Below, piece after piece: positions 42,334 to 55,400 of a stretch of 64,000 bases of DNA. Where the stretch lies: positions 10,974,001 through 11,038,000 of the forward strand of contig CM120649.1 in NCBI GenBank assembly GCA_051362555.1, written 5' to 3'. The position numbers were made by a program, and so were the translations under genes. The notes under the pieces are model-generated. The model ran no database searches, was not told the origin of the DNA, and saw only the letters and a list, made by a program, of their open reading frames with translations. The DNA is from Lingula anatina (Eukaryota > Animalia > Brachiopoda). Every line of letters begins with the position of its first letter. The stretch's first letter is position 1.

Positions 42334-43919
42334 CAGACATGACATTTAATATGGAATATTTCAGTTTCGAAGGTATACCTTGGTAAAAATCCTTTAAAAA
42401 AACGATCTCATATAAGATATGTGAATGGAGAAGTGTGTAGTCACGTGTGTCTCTTCCAAATTACTCAATACCAGGTTTGTTGCGTTGCTGCATTATGTAA
42501 TATGCAATGATTTAATTGGGTAGTGCTCCTTTGGCCAGGTCAAAGCTTGGCTTTGGCAAAGCATGGATCTGTCAAAAAAGTATCCATATGTCGGCAACTA
42601 CTGCATAGAAGAATTTGAAATATTGCATGCAAGTGGTTGGTTTTGCAGTGTGTAAAATGAGCCAAGCAGTGCTTTACACAATTATAAATTTGTGGCAGAA
42701 TGGTGCGAAAAAGACAGACATTGCCAGACAGATTATTGCGCTAGACGAAACGGTCAGTAGAGTTTTAAAGAGTAATGCCCAGACTAATGTACATACACAG
42801 AGGCCACACCCAATGTACTGAAATCACACCACCGGGGTACAGGACCCACTGTCTTTTGGAATATGCTGTTGCAACTTAACAAATTCCATCCAGTCCGTTC
42901 AGAATGAGGGGTAAATTGCCACTAAAACGCATTTTTCATGGTTATTAGCGAACACCAAACTGGTTTTAGCAGGTTAGAATACTAAACGACCTCCGAGGAA
43001 CCCACTGTAAACAGCAAAACATCGTTGTATGTTTTTCTAATGAATTGAGGACCTTGATCGTTTCTGGGTTGAACACTGAAACATCGTGGCTTTCTTTATT
43101 GAGGTCAGATTTCACCTTTACCGCTCAACTAGTCAAAACAGAGTTTACATACATCCAGAAGAGGCCCACGACGAAGCGTGTGCCGCGTCTAAAGTGACTA
43201 AGGCCATTAACAGCGTCAGTATTTGGAGGTGAGACCACATTAGTGCCAAAACACCAATGGTAGTCATCGACGAAAACCTGAACCAGATCAAATAAAGGAA
43301 TAATCTGGGAGCCACTTGACTATCATTTGATAGGGGGCACCTCAGGAACAATTTTAGGTTGCACGGTGAGATTGCCGATTCACACAGAGCACTTTTAATT
43401 GCAGATTACTTACAGAACCAAGGGAATGAGCAGCTACCTTGGTTATCAAAATCGCCATATTTGAACCACATAGACAATATGTGGGTAGGCCATTACTCGC
43501 CGAATCAATGGCCTACATGTCCTACAACAAAACTGGACCACATTGGATAGATTTCGACCCATGCCTGGAATTTATCCCAGATTGAACTCTAAAAACCTAT
43601 CCCTAGGAATGCCTTGCCTGAGGGCATGAGGGTCCTTTGTGGAGCGTGTAACTCTTTCACAAACAATAATTTGGAAACTATGGAGATCCAAAATATCTCT
43701 TTTAATGGTTGTCGTATGACGTAGACTAGGCAATGTGCTTTTCTTTGCTTCTCTGGCGAATTCCATTAATGAACTGATGTCACAATGGCATCAAAGAAAT
43801 AATTAAAAGTTATTAAAACACGATTTTAATCCTTATTTTCATATATCAGTCAGCAAAATAGGAAATAACTGATGAAAATAGATTTGGAAAAAGATATTCC
43901 ATATTAAATGTCAAGTCTG
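42334..43919 (+). mobile_element. Degenerate full-length Tc1-like transposon (same family as 3259-4858)
   Basis: TA|cagacatgacatttaatatggaatatt ... atattccatattaaatgtcaagtctg|TA; transposase remnant LPWLSKSPYLNHIDNMW. Confidence 0.87.
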
Positions 43920-44513
43920 TATTAGTAAGATTGATCACTCCTGTGGGTTGCAAGACAATATAGGTTGGTCGGTTTTCCTTGAAATGTTATATCCATATTA
44001 TATTATGAAAAAGCGAAAAACAGCATAACCTTTGTAAAATGGCCCGACCATACTGATTTTTGAACTTGACCTGCGCATTATGAATATTCATCAGTTCTGT
44101 AAGTTTCAAGCCAAAAGGAAAAACAGTTTTCCTTTAATCGTGTTATCGGTGAGAGTGCACGGCGACGACGACGGTGACGACAGACTCAGGTGACGGCTGT
44201 ATGTGCAGACACTGTGTCTGTACGTAAAAAGGGGCAAAAGAGAACCACTACATCTCTTTTAAATTTCTTCCTGGCTTGAAGCACAGCAATTTTAGGCCCC
44301 ATATTGTATTTTGAGTTATATGACTTGAGAATGAAAATTTTAACTTAGATAAGAATTTTACAAAGATATTCTAATATTATATCAATTAAATCAATCAAAC
44401 GCTGAAAGTAACTATGACCTTTGGTATTACAATATTTTATCTTTGGCATGAGCAGAACATTTTTACATAAAATCGAGAAGGCTCTTATTCTTGAATAAAA
44501 CAAGATGCAGCAA

Positions 44514-44515
44514 AA

Positions 44516-44558
<43 letters not shown>
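44514..44558. repeat. (AAAT)n microsatellite
   Basis: Direct reading. Confidence 0.9.
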
Positions 44559-44639
44559 AACCATTTTACTTATTTTCTCAGTTCAAAAATATGATTCAGT
44601 ATCAATACCAGAAAAAATTGATAATGGCATTTCTGTTCG

Positions 44640-44700
44640 CGTACAAATGTTATGCATAGTATCAGCATGACTTGCTGATGCTATGCATAACATTTGTACG
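44640..44700. other. Near-perfect 61-nt hairpin
   Basis: 28-bp stem with one T-G pair and a 5-nt loop (tgact). Confidence 0.8.
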
Positions 44701-44720
44701 ATAAGATAAGATATATGGAA

Positions 44721-44795
44721 TTAAGGGGTGGTGTTACACTCTTGACACGTATTCGCTTTAAGGGGTGGTGTTACACTCTTGACACGTATTCGCTC
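44721..44795. repeat. ~38-bp tandem duplication
   Basis: ttaaggggtggtgttacactcttgacacgtattcgct occurs twice. Confidence 0.85.
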
Positions 44796-45855
44796 CATTG
44801 CTAGCATGGATAACAAAAGAGGTTGGAACAGCTAAATGAAATGAATACCAAATTTAATATCATAAAAAAATAACAATACAAATAACGATTAAAACATTGG
44901 CTAGAGAGGGCTGTTGAGAGGTGACCGTTGCTGTCGAGAGCCGTTGAGAGATGAACTCTGCTGTCGAGGATGCTGCGAGATGACCGCTTCTGTTGAGGGC
45001 CGCTGAGAGATGGACTCAACTATAGTTGGATGTTGCATGGCTGCATGAGGTGATGTCGGCTTAGCACAATTACCCAGGCACATCTACCGCAATACAGAAG
45101 TGATGGCAACTACAAAGTGACCAGCTCAGCACAAGCAGCATTTTCCGTATTTATTTTTTCCAAGTGAAACAAGTTGGAGTAAACAAAAGTGTTTATGTAA
45201 TTCAAATGTAAAAATAATCTGTCCTGATGGTATAAGAGTGACAAATATCTTTATAATCGAGCTGCCACTTCCATAGGCCTAAAGTCGAACCTTGCAATGT
45301 TCTATCCCGTAAACTTCTGTTACAGAAATGAAAAGTAAAATTAAATTACTTCCAAAACCTCGAACACTTTTCGATGTGGCCTCCAATTTGCGAGGGAAAA
45401 TAAAAAAGCCATGAACCAACAGATTTACTTTTTTTGCTTCTTTATAGAACATTTATCCCGTCAGATGAACACAGTAGGATTATAAGTACATCTCAGCATT
45501 TCGTAACTTCTCTTTAAAAATACAAAATAGTCGCCAAAACATACAACAGCGAGTAAAGAAAAGCTGCGAAATCACCCTGTTTCTGGTATTATTAGTCTCA
45601 TATAAACCATGTCCTTCTTTTAAATTTCTGTCCATGCGAATCACACCAGCTCCATGTCAAGCCATCAACATGATGCAACAAACAGATTTTGAAATATCCC
45701 AGCTAGAGGAATAAAACACGTTCCCAAAAGAATGCAATAATTATCCTACCAGCAAATGTTCACTTAACTTGAATGTTGTAAAAATCTGAAAAATGGTCTG
45801 TACTTTGAAGGCACACAATGAAAGTAAGTAATCCCATTCGTTTCAAGAGTGAACT

Positions 45856-46154
45856 GGGCCATTCAGAATAGATCCGATAATCAACTGGTCCAAGGATCAA
45901 ATATGGCGGACCCTACATGAAAGGAAGAACGCTTAATCTTGTAATGGTCTCTCCGCCTCTCACACGCCTCCCCATGCGTCCGGTCGAATGGAGCCGAGGT
46001 TTAATTACTGTGCCCCTGCAGGGATGACGCTTGGGGAGGCGCGTGAGAAGTGAAGAGACCAATACAAGATTAAGCGGTCTTCCTTTCATGTAAGGTCCGC
46101 CATATTTGATCCTTGGGGCAGTTGATACTCGGTTCTTTCATTCTGAATGGCCCC
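45856..46154. mobile_element. Palindromic MITE ~200 bp upstream of the putative PKS-B first exon
   Basis: gggccattcagaat ... attctgaatggcccc with ~120-bp complementary arms; related fragment at ~2263-2406. Confidence 0.75.
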
Positions 46155-46385
46155 AATGTGAGAATAACAATTATATATTAACTTTTAAATAATTTTCAAC
46201 CGTAATTGTTGCGTAGCTCCGCGGGATATGTAGACACAGGAATAAAGAAATGAAATGTTCACTCTTCTACATATAATGTGATATAATTTGTCACAAAACT
46301 GGCTTGAAATATTGGTAAAGCTACACAAAACACAATATCTATTTTTTCAGATTTCAGAGGCAACCTGAGCAGCAACGGGATATTC

Positions 46386-46421
46386 ATGGAAACGGACCGA
46401 CTCCTAAGAGACGTTTATACA
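46386..46421 (+). CDS. Putative PKS-B start-codon exon ([12 protein letters not shown])
   Basis: Strong acceptor ttttttcag at 46350, ATG at 46386, gtaagt donor at 46422. Its phase 0 joins in frame to GAC TCA ACG at 48236, where the paralogous ATG is ACG. Confidence 0.55.
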
Positions 46422-49400
46422 GTAAGTTATATTAAGATGTTTTAAAATAGACTTTTCACAAGTTTCACTAAAAGATTCATATCTATAAACAAGTAATCGG
46501 TGTGTACTCCAATACTACAAATATTGTTTGTCCGTCTTTTAGTCCTTGAATTTAGAAGCTTACAAGCGTTAGCTCTACACATAACTTTTAAGAACTTAGA
46601 ATTTGCTTACGTAATTCAAATTGTGTCTATTCAATCATGTAAAAAGTACTGAAACTTTCAAAATTCAGAGATGGACACTGATATACTATATAGCCGAGGT
46701 AATACAGAAAACAAATACTTTCAACGACCCAAGAAACACAAAATAATCCTTGCAGAAGAAAATGAACAAGTAAAGAGGATAGAACTTGACAACATGGTAG
46801 ATATTAACACATTACTTGAATAAATATAATATTTATACACTGTATATACTCTCCTTTCAACTGAGTATGAAAATGCATGATACGTTTTCAACATTACATC
46901 TCTTCTGCATGCAAGTGCTTCAGGGTATATGCTTTTTAACATGGTCGTTTCTGAGCTGTTTCGCTTTCATCACTAGTGTTGTTTTGTAAAACTTTGCTGG
47001 GTGTCATACTGGGCCGGTGAGACCGGAATTCAGGTCATCTTCTCCTATATGGACCTCGGTGTCCAGTAACTGTAGCCAGTATTTCTGTCATAAATATGGG
47101 TAAAATTTTTATTCCTGGCGGACCTGAATCCTGTTGACATAAGTCAGTGTAATGAAGGTTCACTCTTTTTATCATGTCCGACCCATTATACATGAAATAG
47201 CAACGTAAATACTACTGTCAGCAATGTATATGCATTTATTGTCGTTTAACGGTTCAACGATGACCTGTCTTAGGAGGAAGGGCATTTGAGAGTTATACAG
47301 ACGGTGAACAGATCTTGTGAGAAGGGGAAAGATCATTCGAGGTCGATCAGCGCTGCTGTACAGACACTGGTTCTCCACTTTATTCCTTATAAAATTATTT
47401 TGTATAAATACAGTTGTATGAAAAAATTGGTTTTCTTAGGTGTTGTAAAGTTATCTGATTTATATAAGTAAGAACTGTACCAGAATTGGAATTGGAATTG
47501 GACTGTGCGGGAGATCTAACTCTTATGACTGGTGACGGAGCAAAGGCTTTATGTGAGGCACATCGACTCCTTGCTAATTATTAATAAATAATGTTGATGT
47601 TTGAAGATGAAGTGGTTTTAGTCGTTGAGAGTAATTAGACGATAAATAATTTATATACGTTGAAGCATTAACGAATTAGAATATAACATTTTTAGTAAGC
47701 ACATGCAATTGCTTCGTACAATCACCAATTTGCCCACTCTTTGGCATGGTTGTTATAGGCGTTGCAATTATGTACTTGTGTGATGTATACAGAACTACGT
47801 TGGTTAACACTTCCAGAAAGTATTGATGTATACTAGATGTGATTTGCCTTCATTTTTTATGCTTCTGTCATGTTTGATTGGACTTCTTATTTTGGTACGT
47901 TGAAAATTTGTGTGATCCCTTTACGCCCCCCGCCAATACTCCCCCGCATTGATACTTCCCCGCACCGCTACTGCCCATACCGATCCAGCATACGGCTTTC
48001 CCCAAAATCGACATGCAACAATCGCTTAGTTGAAATTTTCTTCATGCGCACAGGCATTCTAATTTGGATATAAATACAAACGAACATTAGGCGAAATGAC
48101 TTACCTTTTAGAGCAAATTATGTCTGATCTACTGGTCTCTCTCCCTGTATCCGACATTGGACCAAGAACCATGGCACACTACATTCCATGTGTTGCTGTA
48201 CTGTAGCAGTTATTCTCTTGTTTACCTTTATTTAGGACTCAACGGAGGATCGAAATGCTATAGCCATTGTCGGCGTAGGGTGTCGTTTTCCCGGCGCAGA
48301 TAATTTAGACGGTTTTTGGAAAGTGTTGTGCAATGGCGAAAATCACGTGGTGGACATCCCCAAAGATCGTTGGGATAATGACCTGTACTATGATTCTGAT
48401 CGGCTCTCGACCGGGAAGACATGCATCAAAAAGGCTGGATTCATCAAAAAGTAACTTAACTTTACAAAAGCAGTGGCTTAATTGCTATGCTGTTTGTGTC
48501 AGTTACATGTTCTCATAATTATATGTACATGTGAACTAGCTGTATTTCTCAAACGAAATAATAAAAGCATAATATCTTTACGTTACTACTTTGCTTTCTC
48601 ATTCCACAAAATTGGATACGAAAGTTGCATTTTATCTTTCTAACATCATTTCATATGCAGTATTTTAATCCAAATCTTAGCCTAAATCTGGGCCCTAGAT
48701 GTCTTCAATCCTTTTTCCAGTTATGAGTGGTTTGACAATGACGTGTACGGCATAAATGATGAAGAAGCAAAACGCATGGACCCCCAGCAGAGATGGGTTC
48801 TGGACTGCTGCTATATGGCACTTGAAAATGCTGGGATTCCGCTTGAAACCGTCCGTGATAGCAACACAGGCGTATACATAGGTATAATACAAATTATATA
48901 TCACGCTTTTTTCCATCCACCTGTTTTATAAACACCCGGATGCATGGATCTTTAAAGTTGGAATTGTAATAAATCTTGCTCATATAGCATAATAACAATG
49001 TTCAATCATGTAATCAAAAATTTAAGTCAATTCTGTAGGCAATAATGTTTATCCATTGCTATAGTTTGTACATAGCCAATCCGAGCAGCCGCTGAAGTAC
49101 ATGTATGTGGAACGCTTTGAAACGTGCGTTTTGAATAATGACCAAACGAAACCAAGTAAACATTTGACATCTCCCTAAACTATTAAGGTAGCATGAACGA
49201 TGATTTCAAGGACCTCATGCAAGATCCTGAAACCATGAACGAATACTCAGTGACTGGAGCGTCAAGCAGCATCCTATCAGCCAGGGTTTCGTATGTCTTT
49301 GGCCTTCGAGGCCCCTCCATGACCATAGACACTGCCTGTTCCTCGTCACTAGTTGCCATAAATGCGGCTTCAAATGCTTTACAAAGCGGTAGGGTACATC

Positions 49401-52400
49401 CAGTATACGCACAGTGTGGGAAAATTATACATAAATGACGGAGTATATGATTACGATGTTAGATATTATGATACATGTATATGAGTATATGATATACGTA
49501 TATGACGTATGAGTTTTTTTTGAAAACGTACATATATCAGAATGGTTCATATATCCATTGTGCATTTAAATTATATTTTGTTATGAAGATTTATATACGC
49601 ACTTATGAATTGAAATTGTTTGTATACATACTTTCAACTAAAAGCTGTTTTTAAATATCCATATTTGTACGTAACTAATTTACGCATCAAATCTAATGCA
49701 AATTTGGAAAGCTTTCAAAAAGTAGATGGCCGCTTGTACCTTTACCATGTTCTACCATTCATTACACTACAACAAATACTGCATGGGAGTACACAAGAAC
49801 CTCCTCGTCCCCCAACACATACTCACACCAACACAGTTGAACCATAATATTTACATTAAAGGAGACTGCGACATGGTGTTGTGTGGAGGAGTTAGCTGCA
49901 TTTTGAACCCGTACGCTCATATTGCACTTAGCAAGTCAGGAATGGTGTCCCCGACAGGCCAATGTAAGGCGTTTACCGCCGAAGCTGACGGATATGCCCG
50001 CGGAGAGGGATGTGGGATTGTAGTGTTAAAAAGACTGAAAGACGTAAGTGAAATGTTCAGTTATAATGGCATATCCAGTTTCAGTATATATCATCAAGCA
50101 GCATTATAAAAGTCGGCTGTGGCACAGGATAAAGCATGTGCCCCCTCCCCCAATAAAGTTTGGCGCTAAACGGATCTGGTATTTTCTGTCTTTGAATTCT
50201 TTTTATGTCTGGTATTTATAGACATTGTTTCATATTACCCAAAAAATTATATTCAAACAAATTTTTGCTTGCTTTTTGTGTTGTATGTATTTGGGGCAGA
50301 TAAGAAGTTAATTCACATAAGAAGTCCAAATTCAACCAAATATTTGAAAGAGTACATTTATGGCTGATTGAGTGATTTTTTCCCTTGGCATGTCTTCTTT
50401 ATTTGAGTTACATCGGAAACTATAATGGAAGTGGTTTATATGCGTTTTTGGGAATCCACACTCCAACGACATTCGGTTCAGGGGTGTTATGTCATTTTGT
50501 GTATTTTCACCAGGCTCTGGAGAACAATGACAATATTTGGGCCCTGGTGTCATCGGTCGTGAATCAAGACGGTTCCACCGCGCACCCGATGACCAGCCCC
50601 TCAAAAGATCAACAAATGGCATTATTCAGAAAGTTAAAAGACAAACAAAGCATTGACCCCGATGATGTACAGTATGTTGAGGCTCATGGTAAGTGGTGTT
50701 CATTCATCCCGCTTATTAAAAAACGGCCACTGTTATATCTTTTATTGACTATACTTGATGCTCTCAAAACGATGATAACATTTTTAAATGGATACTTGAT
50801 TTTTTCTGAACGGCTACACCACCACAATTCACTTAAAATTTTGCTTCCTACGCACCTGTTAGTACGTTCAAAGGACCCCATCCACTTGCATATGTTTGGG
50901 ATTTTATATATACGTAATCTTCCGCTTCTTGGTGATCAATATGTATGTAAATCCAAAGCTACATGTTATATACATCGCCAGGTAAACACATTTTTTTCAG
51001 GAACAGGCACCCAGGTTGGAGATTTCACCGAGGCTAATTCAATAGGCCAGTTTTTTGAACGAGGTAAGAGACAATTGCCCAGTATAACTATAGGCTCCGT
51101 GAAGACAAACATAGGTCACCTTGAATCAGCTGCTGGAGTGGCAGGGCTGATCAAAGTTCTTCTCATGATGAAACATGGTCTTTTTGTCCCCTCCTTACAC
51201 TTCAAAGATGGCAAACCCAATCCAAAAATACCATTTAAAGACCTTGGCTTGAGAGTTTCAACAGAAATGACATCATGGAATTTCCCAAATGACCAAAGAC
51301 GAATGGCATTTGTTAACTCTTTTGGATTCGGAGGAACAAATGCTGCCGCTCTCGTGAAGCAATTTGAATTACCTGAAGCACCCAGCACCTGTAATGAATT
51401 AGCTTTTGTTGCCAAGGACTCTGATCCACCCCTAAATACCCCTGGTACCGAGGTTTGCAAACAAAATGGATCTTCGTCAGCCATTGGATTAGGTATCACA
51501 GGCGCCTCAATTCCCCATAAGGTGATTTGCATCTCTGCCAACTCGGTGGGTTCCCTGAGACGCTCTGCAAATGAAATCATAGATGATATTACCAACAAAT
51601 GCTTGACAGATCAGGACCTTGACATGCTTATGTATACGTCTACATGCAGAAGGACGCACCATCGTGTTCGGCTCGCAACAGTCACCACTTCTGTTAAAGA
51701 CCTTCGGGACAAGCTCTCATCATGCTTAAAACGACAGTTTCATGTTGAAAGAAAGAAGGTGCGGGTCATATACTTATTCTCTGGCGTTGCAACAACATGG
51801 AAGGGAATGTGTCACCAGCTGCTGATGTTCGACAAAGTCTTTTCAGCAAAAATGTCAGAGATTGACAAGATTCTAACCCCCAAGACAGGTTGGTCTGTCT
51901 TGAATAAATTAGTTGATCAGGAAGATGTGTCTGATCCAGAAGTCGAACCAATAGTGATATTTGCTTGTCAGGTTTGTCTCGTCGCATTGTGGCGCCACTG
52001 GGGCATTGAACCGCATGCTGTTGTTGGTCAGTCTGTTGGTGAAGTGGCAGCTTTCTACTGCGCAGGTGTCATGTCCTTGGAAGAGGCAGCACATATAATT
52101 TGCACACGCACAAAACATGTGTCAAAAGCGGGAAAAGGTCAAATGATGGTAGTAGAGAATTTTGCTACTGAAAAACTTAAGCCTCTTTTACAAAATAAGT
52201 TCAATGGGGCAGTCGAAATTTCCATTTTCAATAGTCTCATGTCAAATACAGTGTCTGGTAGTCCCGAGCATATAAGAACTTTGAAAGAAATTCTCGGGGA
52301 ACAACATTATACTGCTGTGAATACCATCGACTTGCCTGTTCATATTGCCTATCATTCTCAACACATGGAAGCTGCTGGCCAAAACATTGCGTTTGAACTT

Positions 52401-55400
52401 AAGGATATGACATTGGGAACGGCTCACAAAGACATGCGCAATACGCAAAATATTGCATTATACTCAACGGTAACGGGAAGATGTTTGGAAACAGATGATC
52501 ACGTCCCTAGTTCATACTGGAGAGAGAATGTCAGATGCCCTGTTTTGATGAGTGAGGCCATTGGAGCTGCGCTTCAGGAGGAATGCACCAACGTTGTGTT
52601 GGAGATTGGTCCAAGACCAGTTTTTGGACGTTTCATTGATCAGTTTGAAAATGCTAATGGCGTTGTTGTGCTTCAATCTATGAAGAAGGGACTGAGTGCA
52701 GAGCCCCTTCTTCTTTCATTAGCTGAGATGTACGAAAAAGGGGTGAATCCATTGTGGAACAAAATCGTTTCTATTCCAGTGGCTTTACGACAAAAGCCTA
52801 GACATCATTTTGACTCAAAAGCAAATATCATCCACACGCGTACTGCAAGGGAGCGTCAATATGGAATGCACCACTCTTCCCACCCGTACATAAGACGAAT
52901 GCCAGGCCCCTCTCCAGAATACGTGGCAACCATAAATAAAAAATCAACCCCTTTTATTTATGACCATGTTATGGTAGGAGCCGGAATTGTGGTTCCTGCC
53001 GCATTTTATGTAGACGTGGCTCTCACTGCAGTATCCGAGCTCTCAAACAGGCCCCCTGAATTTTTCTTGCTTCAGATTAATTTTTTGGAACCATTGTTTG
53101 TCAGCCGTGACAGTGAGCTGGATGTTCATGTAGTTTTTGAGTTTGATGAGGCACATAAAATAGGAAAAGATGTTTATCCTGTTGCAATCAAGGACAATAA
53201 GAAAACATTTGCTGAAGGAAAAATTGTTAGGAAAGATGACATACCGAAAAGGACCATGCTTGATATATGTGATATTGAAAGCAGATGCACAACAAATTTG
53301 CCTGTTGACCAGATTTACGATGGACTGCATTACGCTGGGTTTCATTATGGATCATCAATGAAATGTATCACTGACTTTTTAGTGGCCAGAGATGAATGCA
53401 TCTCAGCATTTGAAATCCCCCAGCATATCATTGAAGATATGTACCGCACTTCAATCCACCCTTCAGTTCTAGATTCAGTCATGCAAACTGTAGGGGTGCT
53501 CTGCTCAGATCCATTGAATGACCAAAGACAAGTAACCAAAATAATCCCAGTTAGCATTGGCAGCATATCAGTGCTTCAAAAGCCCTCCACAACCATGAAA
53601 GCCTACTGTCGAATGATGTGCCACAGATTGGGTAAAGCCCATTTCAACTGCTCCCTTTTGTCAGTGAATGGGGATGTCATTGCTGAATTGCGGAACTGTG
53701 TGATGAAATTGTTTGGCAAGAACACACCAGAGAATTTCCTTGGTCACCTTACCTGGGACAAGGTAAATTCAGACAGGCCTTATGCAAAACACCAGAGTAA
53801 AGGCATAGTTTTTATCGACAGGAACAGTGCAGTGGCGTGGATGGAAGGTGGGCTAAGTTTTCCAGAATGCAGTGAAGAGGAGGAGCTCAAAAACTGGATG
53901 GAAAGAAACCTTTCAAGTCGTCTGCAACATTCAAAATACATAGTGTATGCTTGGGGAGCAAAAACAACCAGCGATGACGAAATGGACACACAGGAAATGT
54001 TTGAGGGATGTCAGAGAGCATGCACAGGTTTGCGTCTTCTCATGAAGATTCTCATTGAAATGCAAATTACGATCCCCGTCATCGTCCTTACAGTTTCATG
54101 CCAAAGCATCAGTTTCCAAGATTTTCAGGGAACACCTCATTTTAGCCCATTTGGTGCCCAGCTATGGGGAATGGTGAGATGCTTCTTAAAAGAGGAGACA
54201 TATGAAAAGATAAGTCTCGTTGATCTCTTTTCTGGATCCCCTGTTGAGACAGAAACACTCAGGTGCTACCTCGAAGATCCTGATTCCTTCGTAGAAAACC
54301 ACCCTGAAATTGTGATTAAAGAAGACAGTGTGTACAAACCATCTCTAACCAAGGCAATGACGGATCTCAACTATGCCAGATATCGAAAAAATGTGGCTGA
54401 AGAAGGATGTCCTGTGAGACTTGTCTCCAGTGATCCAAATGGTTACAGTGAACTGCGATTCCAGCACCAAGCCAGATGCAACAATGAGCCCATTGACCCA
54501 GGTGATGTTAAAGTGGACGTTCATCATGCATTCCTTCATCAGATCAAAGGTACCCCTGCAACCATCTCAGAATATGATAATCCTTGTCATCTTCGGTATA
54601 TGTCCCAGTCAGGCGACCATGGCGTCATTTCATACACTTTGGTTGGTAAAGTTGCAGATGACAACAGGAAATCAGATCTTTCGAATGGTGATGAGATTTT
54701 CACTTGTTGTCTTTCCCCAGTTGAGTCCTTTGTCCATGTGCCAAAAGAATGTGTGGTTTTGTCCAGACTCATTCCACGGGATGTGGTCCCAATATTCCCT
54801 GTTGTCCACCTTGCCAAACAGATTTTAGATTGGTGTATCAAACATGCGTTCCCTGGGAGACAGTGTCTGATACTGGTACACAATGATGATAATTCACCTT
54901 TGGTTCAGGTCTTGACAGACATGGCCCGTGTTGCAAAATTTAATATAGAAAGCCTGTCCAAACATGCCTTATCCAAGAGCGTCGGCCTGCAGTCATGTCA
55001 GACAGTTCTGGTTATGACTGAGATCACCCGGTCTGAAATTGTCCAGTTAGGGAAAGTATTCAGCCAAGCACAATGTCTTCTATTCTTTGAAGAATTTATT
55101 CAGAGCAACAAATACCGGGCTCTTCAAAGATCTTTTCCAAATGCCCAGAAGAAGAGATTCTCAATTTATGATCAGTTGTTAATGCATCAGTTAAGGGCAA
55201 AGGTACCAATGACAGTGGAGTGGCTTTGTACTTACAGTGCAGACCTAGCACTGAACTACGAACTGAAGCAATTTGTGCTGACGAATCAGTCACCAAATAT
55301 GCGTTTTGAATTTGGAAATGAAACTGTGGCAGATACAGTCATGGATGTCTGCATGGAAACCCAATCAATTTACAGCATTTCAACTACACAATCTGGAGAT

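Noticed and set aside
50385-50513. N-terminus of the 2472-aa ORF as the real protein start
   Set aside because: It is intronic read-through: no KS similarity, a clear acceptor at 50513, and the true KS N-terminal exons lie upstream.
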